A stretch of 64,000 nt of DNA from Haliotis cracherodii. Taxonomy: Eukaryota. Location of the stretch: NCBI RefSeq assembly GCF_022045235.1, contig NW_027266270.1:36704001-36768000 (forward strand), in the 5' to 3' direction. Of this stretch, positions 1-14,700 are shown piece after piece. The notes under the pieces are model-generated. The model was not told where the DNA came from. It saw nothing but the letters and a program-made list of their open reading frames with translations, and ran no database searches. Each line of letters opens with the position of its first letter. Position 1 is the stretch's first letter. Position numbers and translations under genes: made by a program.

Positions 1-734
1 TTACAACTCATTGTTACAAAGTGTATCTAACTTGCTTTCACTCATTAGATATGTTTTGAAACAACTTGTTATAAGATAAATGGTATCTGACAGACACCCG
101 TGTAGTGATCTCTTTTTTTCACATGACCCTCCTAGAAACAAACACATTTATCATTAAATAACCTTCCTAATCAGTGTTTTCTTTTCACTACTATCCCCTT
201 GATGCTGCTGTCTTCCTTTTTAAGGTTTCTTCATTAATTCCCTTGGACCCTCATCCCCCACAGAATATGACTGGTCCCCTAAACACAAAAATAGTTGTAG
301 CAAATACAATGAGTGTTCAACAATTAAACCAGCATCTAACTATCTGTAATGAGCAGTCAAGCCAAAAGTGAATAAACCAGTGAGTGATAGCGGTAACATC
401 AATACATTTGCTTCAGTGAAGCTGAGAGTTCTCTAATGTTACACAAAATCACAGAACACACATGGCTACAGTGAAAGAATTGAAGTTTACACCCTTTTGT
501 GCAATGTTTACGAATTACTGAGCAAAGGGCCCCATATATGGGCTTCACACATCTACATGTTTGGGATGATGATCACTTTAACCACTAGCATACCTCACCA
601 CCACTAAACTACCCTGTGGAGAACAAGAAGGAAAGGCAGCTAAGCATGTCTTGGGTTATCAACTAGAGATCCAGGAGTCAATTACAAAAAAATAGTTCAA
701 CTGAAAATAGTGTCAGCGTCTCTTATTCAACTCA

Positions 735-1518
<784 letters not shown>

Positions 1519-1804
1519 CAGCAATCCAATACCAACAGTGCCAAAACAGCCAGGACTAATACAAGACTGACACAGTGGTGCAGCGGTAACCTTTTTAGAT
1601 AACTTTATTAGTTCCGTCTTTTCTTCCTTGTTCTACAGTGCCAATGCTAAATGATTATTTCTTAATCATTGTACATGTAGGTATAATCTATTGGATCACT
1701 TATTAACTTGCAAGAAGATAATGCTGGACTTAATGTGGTTAATGCCCAGTCTCCATTGTAAAATACTGTTACAAATACTAAAGCCAAGACTATCATTTCA
1801 TTTA

Positions 1805-1993
<189 letters not shown>

Positions 1994-2189
1994 TTATCAA
2001 GGCATTATTAAACAAATATTGTTAACAATCAACCAGGACATCTTTTTTCTCTTGTTTGACTCAATTTCAATAATATTGTGTTGAACTGTTTTACTCTTCA
2101 AACTTCATTTTTTGCACAAACGTACAAAAATCATTTTGAGATAGATTTTCTTAGCAAGCCAGAACACTGGGGTTATTGTTCAAATTTCA

Positions 2190-2357
<168 letters not shown>

Positions 2358-3248
2358 TCATACTGTGAGCAGCACTCCAGGTGGTCGGGGTATGAAGACA
2401 CACAACCAACCAAGTCACCGAGCCTAAGCACCTGATCAAAATGGTGGCCTCTTACAACCAGCATAGGTTGCTGGGGATCACTTCTAACCCGGAATACCCA
2501 TGGGGAATTGTACAGGAAGACCTGCCAAAGAGCAGATATCCTGACGTACCCCATTTTCTAAAAGTTGATATGGCACTGTCGATATTTCGAGGGATGAGCG
2601 AACAAAAACTCAAATGCTGCTTCATACCAGTAGGTGATGTCTTCAACAATAGAATTCAGCTACATTCCCAAAGGAAAAACATCCTTGATAAAAGGACTGA
2701 CCTCCATTGCCTCCTCTGTAAACTTTCACAGCACTCGATTGACATCACCTATTTTTGAACATCTGATAGGTTCGGTACTTTAGCAGGGTTTCCATGAATG
2801 AACAGACATGTTTTGGTGCCCAGTTTTCAATTAATTTTTGCAGGTCGCATTGAAACTAAGAAACAATTGAAAGTTTGAAACTGATTCACAAAATCTGAAT
2901 ATTTGTCAAATTATGAGTGTTCACATCACATTATAACTCGATAAATCACTATCAATATGGCTGTATGAAAATAGTTATTGTTCGAAAATATAGTACTTGA
3001 CGTTATATCAACAGAGAAATAATTTTTTAAACTATTATGCTAGTTCTTAAACTCCTTTTAAAAAACATCAAGGCTTTGCACACCTAGAAAGAAACCAATA
3101 TCTGAAAGTCCATTTATTTGATCTACAAAAATAAGGTAGGGTTATTTTCAACTGGGCCAACGCTAAAAGATGAAATCCTTGTAGATCATACGCTATTGTC
3201 AGAAGTTGGCAACTAACTAAAGCCTAAGGCGGTGAATGGTCAACTCAC

Positions 3249-3314
3249 TGATCATCTGTCAGCCGGTACCCACAGTCCACACTGAAGATGTTCCGGATGT
3301 TCTGAACATTTGCC
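3249..3314 (-). CDS. TTLL1: TTLL1 coding exon 2 (66 nt)
   Basis: CCACAG| ... |GTGAGT; encodes (W)ANVQNIRNIFSVDCGYRLTDD(Q). Phases join with both neighbours. Confidence 0.93.
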
Positions 3315-4550
3315 CTGTGGACAAACACAACATACATAAGTCACACGGATCTCACAATAAGGAGTCACGCTTTTACTTATTTTATAATGGCAAACAACAT
3401 GGCAAAAAGACATTTATAATTGTTTGGTGTTAGGAAAAGAAAAACTTGTTTACTCTGCAATCATGTCAATGGTTACAATAGTAGCAATTGCATCTATCGT
3501 GTTCATGACAACTTGGTTGGAAAGTACAGGACGTTTACACAGACTCACTGGGGGCGCACTTGAGTTGGTCTGTCATGGTGATTGAATTAGTGTCAATTGG
3601 AGAGCACCTGTCTCCCGTACAAGAGATGACAGGCCTTCTCACATACATGTTACGTCTGCGACTGATAACAGTCTAGATATTTTAGCATTATTATTTGTTG
3701 TGTGATGAAGGGAATGAAGTCATGTATCAGAGATATCCTTCAGACAGGCATAATTCTACCATTTGGATGTACGTTCAGAGAATGAAAATGGTTGAAAACT
3801 GAATTGTTTTCTCTTCAAACAACCATTGATAATCAGCTTATCAGTCAGTCATCATGGTCATCAACCAGCATTAATTCCCCTGACTGATCTGACAAAGCAC
3901 AACGTATACATGTACCGGTGAATAACCTCATATAGCCTACATCTCTCACTGAACCTGTGGAACAGGTGATACACAATCATAGTAAGTGAGAGCGCTGGGT
4001 TTGAACTCTGCTTTGAACAGTACATCTGTTGTCATGGTTGTATCACAATAAGTGTCTGAAATAACTGCCGGCCTGCCCTTGCCGGTAACATTTCTGTCGG
4101 GCTGCATGAAATTTTCCTGCTTCCCTTACTGTCAGTCAGATAAGTTTAAGACTACTTATGCATTCCATTTTTAGGTGACTCCTAGTAGATTCTCATGTCA
4201 TTATTTGCATTATTTCAACTGAATCAAGGTGTGCTTCATCTCAAAGTTTTTGCTATTTTTTTGCTAAATAATGTCTGAATGCAGGCAGGCAACACTTACG
4301 GGTCACCTAGCCAACTCTCTAGCTGGGTTAGAAAATTATTTCCAACACTGATCATGTTAATGTTAGAAGAAAGCCGAACATGAAGCAGGTCCTAGATGGT
4401 TACCATGTTGGCAAGATGAAGCTGAACCCTCAAACACTCTACTGATGACACAAAAACAATCATTACTAGGGAGAATATGGAGAAATGACCACTGGATCCT
4501 TACAAAACAAAGGGACACAACCACGAATGGTGACTCATTATTTGTATTCA

Positions 4551-4736
<186 letters not shown>

Positions 4737-4809
4737 CTAAAGGACCAGTGCACTGACAACCTACTGTTCCTGTTGGATCACAGTGGTGCTGATCAAACAC
4801 GGTCAAATA

Positions 4810-4960
4810 CAGGGGTCCGGAAACCGTCATATGCGCCGGACATGTCCGATTGGGAATCTCAAATGTCCGGTTTAAAATATTGCTTACCGGACATTTAAAT
4901 TTTTCTGTCCGGACATTTTAAAAAGTATTGTCCGGACATTCTTAAATTTTGACCGGACAT
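4810..4960. mobile_element. Terminus of a hAT-like non-autonomous DNA transposon (CAGGG end, multiple CCGGACA subterminal motifs)
   Basis: CAGGGGTCCGGAAAC followed by about 7 copies of CCGGAC/GTCCGG in both orientations; matching other end not found. Confidence 0.4.
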
Positions 4961-6362
4961 GATCAACAGTTAGGACTGAGCAGTTTCTGTCTGCAGTTGT
5001 AACACAATGAAGATTATCTACACTGACAAGCTTTGTTTGTTTTGATTGCTGTAAACAAACATACCGACAATGATAGTCAATCGGTCAATCACTGTAATAG
5101 GCAATAAACTGAGTTGACACTGATTAATCGAGGATTAAATACTGAGAACATCTTGTTAATTTGAGTAAAATGTGTTTACAACTGTACATAAATACCTTGC
5201 ATCATCGATGTACCTCATTATCCTATTATTATTTGACTCAAATACACATGTTAGTAGTGGCTAGGCTAGTGGTGAGCAATGGTAAGGCAATAACATGAAC
5301 TTCCACTGGAGATGAGAAAACCCTCCATAAAAGAAGAGACAGCTCTTGAAAAGTTTGCACCCTCTCTAAAATGTATTTTCTTCACAAGCTCACATTTCAA
5401 CATAAAACTACAGAACAATGGGTCAGCAAACACCCCTATCTTCAGTTTTTGTATCATTTGACAACATGATTCAGTGAAAAGTTATATGAAATTTGGACCA
5501 CACTAAAACCACCATTGTTACATGAGTACATCACTGACAGAGTTTGTAAATTTTGTAAACTTAATTTTGTTTCACAGATTTATTCCAGCTTTTCCAGGCA
5601 AGGTCAGTCCAAATAAATATAAAAGTAAATAGCTATGTCAGTCAAACATTCATTTATATGTAAGTTATATTCAACCGTGGAGTTAAAACTGCAGCTGGCT
5701 TCTTGAATCACTGGTAGTGATATAGACATGGAATTTTCATAGGACAGTTTATATTGTATAAGCAGGTCTATATGACAAGTGGGGTAAAAAAATAAAAAGT
5801 TTTATGGTTTTTTTTATTTCTTGAACCGGCTGCTTTTCAGTTCAGGCTGCGGCCAGTGAAACGAAATAAAAACTGTGTGGCCTAGGGCAACAAAATGAAT
5901 TAGAAATCCATCAACAATGATTACTACAGTTGTAGAGTTGAGAACAGGATTCTTGTGCATTCAAGGAGCATTAAGACAAGAATCAGCCCCAGACTGGCTA
6001 CCTGGTATAGTGAACATTGCAGAACATGTCGACTGAAGAATTGGTGTTCTTCTCTCATCCTATCTTGTCTACTCTATTCAAATACACATGACATATACTT
6101 GTCATGTTTGTAATTGCAATATGAAACTGTCAATCTATCGTACATAGTGGTGTACCAAATTATTACAAGCTCTGTGAAAGAAGGATATTGCGGTCATTTT
6201 CAAAATAACTTTTGATATTTAACAAGATTAACACTCATGTGACCATTCATCAACATAACTGATGATGGAGTTCTGTAAATAATTGAGTCTGGAGCAGACA
6301 ATCCAGTGATTGACATCATGACCATCAATCTATGCAATTGGGATACAATGAAATACATTAAC

Positions 6363-7824
6363 TAGAGGTGTAACGATACGGGAGGGTCGCGATACGATAC
6401 GTATCACTATACAGGGGTCGCGATACGTATCACGATACAGTGTTTACTGGTACAAGCTAAGCCAAGTTGATGTCCTGCTCTCTAAAAGATGTGACAAGTA
6501 CTGTTGAAGAAGATGTAAGGTGTTTATTTACTGTTATAGCAAATTGTCAGCAATACAGTATGTTTTACTGAAACAACAAACTGGCTTTGAAACTGTCAAA
6601 CATATTTCATGTATTTTCTTGAGTATAGTGCGCATCCATGTATAATGCGCACCCCCCTCTAGCGGGTTCAATATTTTGGAAAAAAAGAAATTTTAATATT
6701 ATGAGCAGAAAGAAATTACACCGTACCCCTTCAGCGAAGTCCGGCAAACGAACGGGTGATGAGAAACTTCGTCAGTACAAATTCGAAATTTGAGATACAA
6801 AATCACCAGACATGTTGATTTACCGTTTAAATTGTATTTTTTGTTCAGCTAGGCATTGTTTTATATCCAGGGATTAAGATTACCTTGTGTATTTTCTCGT
6901 AAACTAAGCCTGACACAGCAATCAGCTGTCCACACTTTTTCTTGGAATCTACTGGTGATTCAGTCAAGACACACAAAATGATATAACTTTTAATGCAAGG
7001 ATCGGCAAAAGTTGTATCTAAAACTATTTTTTTTATCAGGAATAAAATATTCCAATATCTTGTTAATTTAGATGCAGCTTTTAGTCTAAACATATTTAAA
7101 ATAATAATAACCCTAAGCGAAGCAGCTGATCGCTATTGCCGGGTATTATTTTTTACATGGAACATGTCTGACCAGTCACCGTCAGGGCTCTCGTGCACGT
7201 GATCGCATGATAGCGAGAATTACGTGTTGACATAGAATCGTCCAACAAACACAAATATGACTTTTAACGAATCAAAGTATGGCGTTAATGATATATGTAT
7301 CCATTCTCTGTCAACTAAAGTTCGTTTCAAGGTGTCAATAGCGGTAATCTGACCGTGGTTGCTGTTAATAACGGTGAGTTGTGCGATCTTCTGATCGCTT
7401 CACACACGATTTCACCGAAATTAAATAAAACAAAATTAAAAGGAATTTTGAATAAAATTAATGAAATAAGTTAAAAACATAAGTCCAGATATACAAAGAA
7501 CACTTTTTATAGCCAGACAGTGTAATTACATGAATGATTTGCAAACTTCAGTGTGGATTTGTTGACATGGTATTTCCGGTGTTACGTGCTCACGCTCTTT
7601 CCATGGGGGAAAAAACATTAATTTGTGTATAATGCGCACCCCCTTCTACACAGCTGTGTTTTTTTGGAGAAAAAAAGTGCGCACTATACTCAAGAAAATA
7701 CTTTAATAAAACTGTGTTATGAAAATATCGTATGTATCTTGATACATGCTTTCCAAATCGATGCATCGTATCGTGGGCTGTGCATCGGGATACAATACAG
7801 TGTCGCCGTATCGTTACACCACTA
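6363..7824. mobile_element. hAT-type MITE
   Basis: TIRs TAGAGGTGTAACGATAC / GTATCGTTACACCACTA; 8-bp TSD ACATTAAC/ACATCAAC; CGATAC subterminal repeats. Confidence 0.85.
6611..7701. mobile_element. pogo/Tigger-like MITE nested in the hAT MITE
   Basis: 24-bp TIR GTATTTTCTTGAGTATAGTGCGCA / TGCGCACTATACTCAAGAAAATAC; internal TGTATAATGCGCACCCC repeats. Confidence 0.8.
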
Positions 7825-7956
7825 ACATCAACAAAGTCAGCAAGATTGACGACCCGATCCTGTCAGTCGCCTTTTATCAGTCTTTGTGACAAGCATGGGT
7901 AGCTGAAGACCAGTTCTAACCAGGACCTTCCTGATTGAGTTAGTATTAGTATTACT

Positions 7957-8605
7957 ATTATTAGCATTCACTTAGCAGTATGTAGTGTGGTTGGTATAAG
8001 TATCAGTATTAACATTCACTTAGCAGTATGTAGTGCGGTTGGTATTAGTATCAGTATTAGCATTCTGTTAGCAGTATGCAGTGTAGTTGGTATTAGTATC
8101 AGTATTAGCATTCACTTAGTAGTATGTAGTGTAGTTGGTATTAGTATCAGTATTAGCATTCCGTTATCAGTATGTAGTGTGGTTGGTATTAGTATCAGTA
8201 TTAGCATTCTGTTAGCAGTATGTAGTGTGGTTGGTATTAGTATCAGTATTAGCATTCTGTTAGCAGTATGAAGTGTAGTTGGTATTAGTATCAGTATTAG
8301 CATTCTGTTAGCAGTATGTAGTGTAGTTGGTATTAGTATCAGTATTAGCATTCCGTTAGCAGTATGTAGTGTAGTTGGTATTAGTATCAGTATTAGCATT
8401 CCGTTAGCAGTATGTAGTGTGGTTGGTATTAGTATCAGTATTAGCATTCAGTTAGCAGTATGTAGTGTAGTTGGTATTAGTATCAGCATTAGCATTCTGT
8501 TAGCAGTATGTTGTGTAGTTGGTATTAGTATCAGTATTAGCATTCAGTTAGCAGTATGTAGTGTAGTTGGTATTAGTATCAGTATTAGCATTCTGTTAGC
8601 AGTAT
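7957..8605. repeat. 48-bp minisatellite (about 13 copies)
   Basis: Unit TAGCATTCTGTTAGCAGTATGTAGTGTAGTTGGTATTAGTATCAGTAT; explains the repetitive 16-aa ORFs in the track. Confidence 0.93.
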
Positions 8606-8949
8606 TTGCTGGCAGTATGGGTGTTGAGGATTATAATGAAGAGGTGATAGTACACCTTTGAGCAAGTAAAGGTGTATTGTTAACTTGGTTGTGCTTGGGT
8701 CAGTCACTCCCCTACCAGCCCTATTGTTTCAGGCAGGGCAAATGTTCCGGTTGAGTGGCTGGCCCTATTGTTCTCCATGGGGTCAGCTTTGCATGCTTTT
8801 TACCCCTCACTTGCACCTCAGTCACCACACAGACAAGTCACTGACAGACGACAGCAAGTGGGCAGGTTTCAAAGACTTTTCACTTTAAAGGTATGTTTAC
8901 AACTAACTAAACATGCATATAAATAGATCTTTTCATATATAATAATATA

Positions 8950-9072
8950 ACCAGACCACCCTCGCCCCTTTCGGAAACACATTAAATGGCCTGGCCGGGC
9001 CCGTGTGCGAAATACGCATCAGTCGGAAAGCGCACGTTAAATCTCCAAAGTAAGTAAGTAAGTAAGTAAGTA
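8950..9072 (+). mobile_element. 3' fragment of a retroposon with (AAGT)n tail
   Basis: GC-richer island ending GCACGTTAAATCTCCA(AAGT)n, a SINE/LINE-like tail structure. Confidence 0.4.
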
Positions 9073-9829
9073 TAATAATATACAAGTAGGTGTAGGCTAA
9101 ATAAGATATTTTCTATGATGTGTGAGAGATTAAGTGAATTACTGATTTTCCAGAACAGGCAATTATTTAAACATTTTTATGAAGCTTTTATCATGCCCAT
9201 GGTAAGTGTATTGTGTAGGGAAGTAAATTTTATTGTACATTTAGTATCATCAGCATATTTCCATAGTTGTAGGTATTTTGATGATGTCACTGAATGGCCC
9301 TGGCCATGTAGTCATGGGAGTTTGACATGTGACCTACATCTAGAAGTAATACTTCTGGTATGTTTCTTTATTATATACTTCATTGAGAAAGACTGAGCCT
9401 CCTGAAGTTGAGAAAAGTGATATTTTGATTGTAGTGAACATAATGCTTGATATTTCACTGCAGTGAACATAACAATCAAGACTGTTCGTTTCGCAAAGTG
9501 CCATTTTTGTGACTTGACCAGCGTATTCTTTCACTTCTAACAGCAGCGTTCTCGTAGCTTTACAGAATATTTTTTGTGGAAGTCGAGTTTGTAATAAAAT
9601 CTGAGACGGTCATCTACACGGTCCGGTGATATATCCATATCTAGACGTGTATTTAAGATGAATTATCATGCCCTGGTTTTATTTGTTATATTTTACATTG
9701 TGAGGACTGATGTTCTTAGTGAGTATTATCATGTATTTCAGGTGCACAGAAACTAGTCTAGTGATGACTTGTGGGCAGAAATGTGCTGGATTACGGCATT
9801 TCACAGTACTTTTACAGTAGTACGGAAAT

Positions 9830-10215
9830 ACTGATATCTTCAACTGTTTAAAAATATCAGTATTTTATTTAAAGACATCAATAATGCTTTAAAGATATCA
9901 AAAAATAATTAAAGATATCTTGAATTCACTTCTGATATCCATAATACAATTACTGATATCTTAAAATGTTACTGTGATATCAACAAAATTGTCTGTGATA
10001 TCTCTAAATGTATTTAAGATATCATTAACAATTACCATCCTACTGTACATAATTATATTAGAAATAAATTGAAGATATCTTACATTCAATTCAAGATACC
10101 TTCAAATAAGTTATACATACCCACAAATGCATTACAAATATCATTAATTCGTTTTAAATATCTTCAATTCAATTTAGAGATATTTATAATTAAATTCAAG
10201 ATATCATTAATTCTG
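9830..10215. repeat. Degenerate AT-rich repeat with GATATC at about 22-bp spacing
   Basis: Recurrent (A/T)GATATC(T/A)..AAT motifs; probably the internal repeat of a non-autonomous DNA element. Confidence 0.5.
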
Positions 10216-10393
10216 ACCGTTACTGACTATGACAGCAGTGACCAATTTCAAAACATGGTTTCTGTAGTGTGACGAAATTTTTCAAGATCAGGCACAAGTA
10301 TTAATGGTAAATCATAATATTAACCATGAGATGAGACGATATATTATTAAAACACAATACAAGCTTATCTGCAAGTGCTGAGAACAAAGTAAT

Positions 10394-11256
10394 TGTTGAT
10401 TACAACATGAAGTTCCAAACAATCTTGATTCTTTATTCTTTCTTATTCCTGTTTCAACTCTCATGTACAAACATTAGATTAACTGTAACAAATAGAAAGG
10501 ATTTCATTTAGTATATGGCTTTTCAATTTGATTAATTTACACATTAACTTCATAATACAGCAGTATTATACTAAGTTGGACTTGTTTAATTTACAAATGT
10601 ATGAACATTTAACAATAAGGTGTACAAGACAAACCTGGAAATTGCACTAAGTACATAATAGTCCAATAAATGTACAGAAACAATGCCTTAACTGCACTTG
10701 ATAAACAGGAAACTTACAATTTCATATACCTTTATAAATTTAGGCCATGAGAATATTATGAACAAAATTGAAGTCTAGGGTGTATCTCCATGAGCCAAGT
10801 CTAAACCAGCCACAAACCCTCAATTATGAAGAATTAAGATACTGTGTATGGTAGAAACTAAGAAGATGCATTTCTAAACAAATTCCTATTTATGAATTTT
10901 CAAATGAGTGACTAAATATGCCATACCATTACTTTTGACTTCACTGGCTCCTAGCATGACTTCCTCCTGCATGCTGCATAAAGCACATGGTGACATGACC
11001 ACACCAATCTGTGCTTATCTCCCTTCTTAATAAGGTTGATGTAAAATTGGCACATGACCAAAAAATGAAACATAACATTCTAACCCAGGAAATTAAATAA
11101 ACATCCGAACCATAACAAATATTTAATATTGTATATTGCTGTTGTTATATGTAATACATAATTTGTGGAAATTCTAGAAACCAGATTTCATACCTCCTTC
11201 ACCAATTAAGCTATCATAATTGATAGAAAATAGAATGAAACATTTTGACCATTACA
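10394..11256 (-). repeat. 3' LTR (863 bp)
   Basis: TGTAATGG...ATCAACA in element orientation; AATAAA about 40 nt from the LTR end. Confidence 0.95.
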
Positions 11257-11377
11257 TACCGGTCTCCTCATTGTACAATCAGGGAGTAACAATTACAAAA
11301 CACAGTACCAAAAATGGTCAAAACTTCTCTGAATTTTAAACATTCTATAATGAAAAGACCTGAAACAACATAATTTA

Positions 11378-11644
11378 TTTGTTTGTTTGTTTGCAATATC
11401 GCTGCAATCAACAATATCCAAGCCATATGACGATGGTCTGTAAAAAGTCGAGTCTGGTCCAGACAATCCAGAGACTGACATCATGAACATCGATCCATGC
11501 AATCGTGAAACGAAGACATGCATTAACCAAATCAGCGAGACTGACCACCCGATCCCATCAGTCGCCTCCTACAACAAGCATAGTAGCATCCCACGGCAAG
11601 CATGGGTTGCTGAAGACCAATTCCAACCCGGTTTACCATGGGTC
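11378..11644 (-). mobile_element. Diverged GACCCGTGAAG-family retroposon inside the 3' UTR of the BEL element
   Basis: Full-length alignment to copies at 46583 and 58155 with many substitutions; (AAAC)n tail. Confidence 0.8.
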
Positions 11645-11750
11645 GAAAATAACATAAACCTTATAAGAGTTATCAACTTCACTCTAAGTAGGCCAAATAA
11701 ACCTTAAAGTTTACATATTCACATTCTTTCACGATGACTTTCAGAAGTGT

Positions 11751-14700
11751 TCATTTTGATCCACGCACAATGACACACAATTTGTTTATAGGACGGACAA
11801 GCTCTGTAAAAGCTGTCCTCACACGCACGATACGTACAGATCCCTTTTTGTCCATCATGATCTCAATGACACGTCCAAGTGACCATGAATTACGAGGAGA
11901 ACTGTCCGCCAGAAGAACAATGTCTCCAACTTCAAGATTGGGCTTCTTTGTAACCCACTTTTGTCTTTCTTGCTGCAGTGTAAGGTATTCCTTTACCCAC
12001 CGCTTCCAAAATATATCAGCTAAATACTGAACTTGCTTCCATCGTCTGCGAGAGTAGACGTCATCTTTACAAAATGTACCTGGTCGCATCTTTTGACCCG
12101 ATCGCAGAAGCAAAAGATGATTTGGCGTGAGGGGGTTTAGATCATGAGGATGATATGGTACATCAGTGATAGGTCTACCATTGAGAATAATTTCAACTTC
12201 ACAAAAGAGAGTACTCAGACCTTCATCGTCAAGCTTAATTGCTTGTTCCTGGACAACAGCATTAAGAACTTTCCTTATTGAACGGATCATACGCTCCCAA
12301 ATCCCACCATGATGAGATGCTGTAGGAGGGTTAAAATGCCAATCAATTCCCTTCTCAAGCAGTGATGAGTGCAACTTGGACTGGTTCAACTTCAAGATTT
12401 CTTCTTTAAGTTCACGTTCGCTGCTTGAGAGATTGGTCCCATTGTCTGACCTGATCACTTCTGGTTGACCTCGTCTTGATATAAATCTCCGTATGGCATT
12501 GATACAACTGTCAGTATCAAGAGAACAAGCTAGTTCTAAATGCACTGCTCGCATGGTCAAACATGAGAAGACCACACCATACCTTTTCACAGTTGCGCGA
12601 CCTCGTCTAACTAGAAAAGGCCCAAAAAAGTCCATGCCTACATGTGAAAAAGGTGGCTTATCAGGTTGAAGACGATCATCAGGAAGGTCTGCCATCTGTT
12701 GTTGTCCAGTTGGTGACTGATACTTCTTACAAATGACACACTTGGAAACAAGACTTTTGATGACAGCTCCAGCTCCTAAGATCCAATAACATTGCCTCAA
12801 GTAGGTAAGTATAGCATTTTTACCCATATGACCTACAGCCGTGTGAGCATCTTTGATCAGCAGCTTTGACAAGGGAGAAGTTTTAGGCAATACAACTGGA
12901 TGTTTTGAATCATGCGGAATCTCTGCTCTTTGAAGACGTCCACCAACCCGTATGATTCCATCTTCAATGAAGGGATCTAACTTGTACAAAGAACTAGATT
13001 TACTAACCCCTCTTCCTTTCTTAATCTGGCTTTCTTTTCCTTTCAAAAATTCAATCTCTTTCATGAAGTGTTGACCCTGCACATAACGAGCAAGTGCAAC
13101 TTCTGCATCCTTTAATACTGAAACTGTCAGCTTGGGTTTTGCCCGTGATAATTTTTCAGATCTGTCCTCCGCTGCTTCTGACTCCAATTGCCTTGCTTTC
13201 ATCTTTCTTTTTAGCTCTCTGATAGTCAAGATGATCCAACCAACTGCTTTTCGGAGCCGTAGCCAGCTTGAATAGTGATTCAATAGTCTGTCCAATATAT
13301 TTTGGGACTGGCCAGTTACTAGACAACTTACAGAGTTCTTGACCTCTGGGTCCTCATCAGTGACAGATAAGTCAGGAGAAATGGGCCATTTGACTCTTAG
13401 TCTCCACAGAAAATCTGGTCCTTCAAACCACTGATGTGCATGTTTGAACTTGTCGTAGGTCATTCCCCTTGATGCTAAATCTGCTGGGTTGAACTTTGTG
13501 TTGACATAATTCCACTGCTTGACCTCAGAACCTTCATGGATAGTGGTGAGCCGATTTGCTACAAAGGTTTTGAATCTTGATGTGCTGTTAGAGATATATC
13601 TGAGCACAGACATACTGTCTGTCCAAAAGAAAGTCTCATCAATTTTGTACTGCAACTCTCTGGTCAATAGCTTACCCAGGCGAACTGCAACTGTAGCTGC
13701 TGTTAGCTCCATGCGGGGTATTGTCATTTTCTTCAAGGGTGCCACTCTTGACTTAGCCATTACCAAGACACAGTGTACACCATTATCTTCATTTGTTAGA
13801 CGAAGGTAGGTTACAACGCCATAGCCAACTTCACTTGCATCAGAAAACAGATGCAACTGACACGATGCAATTTTTCCAAACCCTTTTGGTTTGTAACACC
13901 GTTCCACTTCTATCTCATCCAACCTTGGCAAGTCCTTTAGCCACTGAAGCCAAATTGTCAAAGAAGCTTCATCTATTACCTCATCCCATCCAAGATCTTT
14001 CTTACATAATTCTTGGAGAAGACGCTTGGCGATCAACACGTAAGGTGCCACAAACCCCAGTGGATCGTATACACTACTTACAACAGACAATATGCCTCTT
14101 CTGGTGATTGTCTTTTCCTTGCTTTGAATCTTGAAACCTAGCGTATCTGAATCAACAAACCAAAAGACGCCGAGAGCTCTCTCACTGGGAAGAGATTCAC
14201 ATTCCAGATTCAATTCTTTCACCTCCTTGGCCCTCTCCTCAGTAGGTATAGCTTTCATTACAGATTTGCTGTTGGAGACCCATTTTGTCAGATGAAACCC
14301 TCCATCCATGCAGAGTTTTGATACTTCATTGATTAGGTAAACTGCCCTTTCTTCATCTTCTACAGAAGCTAAACAGTCATCAACATAGAAGCTGTCTTTA
14401 ACCATGCTAACAACTTCAGAAATATATCTTTCTTTGTTGTCCTCAGCAGTTTGTTGTAAGGCGAATGTGGCACAACTAGATGAAGAAATGGCCCCAAATA
14501 AATGGACGCACATTCGGTATACTTCTGGCTTCTCATCACAGTCACCTCTCGGCCACCAGTAGAAGCGAAGGTAATTACGATCTTCTTTGGGCACTTTGAC
14601 ACGATAAAACATCGACTCAATGTCTCCCATTATCGCAACTGAGTCTTGGCGGAACCTGAGAAGAATACCAAGTAAGTTGTTTGTCAAGTTTGGGCCTTGT

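Larger units (their letters stand above)
6270..7930 (-). mobile_element. Old GACCCGTGAAG-family retroposon split by a hAT MITE (parts about 6270-6362 and 7825-7930)
   Basis: Both halves align in order with family copies at 46583 and 58155 (GAGTCTGGAGCAGACAATCCAGTG ... ACCCGATCC..TCAGTCGCC ... CAAGCATGGGT.GCTGAAGACC). Confidence 0.75.

Noticed and set aside
163-278. Purine-rich minus-strand segment with AG/GT borders as a possible next TTLL1 exon
   Set aside because: Stops in all three frames, weak donor (GTTATT), and no match to the expected YVISxYI..PLLIGGRKFDLR sequence. The true exon must lie left of the window.
7987-8661. Hydrophobic repetitive ORFs (VVGISISISILLAVCS)n
   Set aside because: Translations of the 48-bp minisatellite, with no splice or homology support.
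10428-10630. LTR indel as a spliced-out intron
   Set aside because: On the element strand the missing block can start with GT but ends in AAT, not AG.
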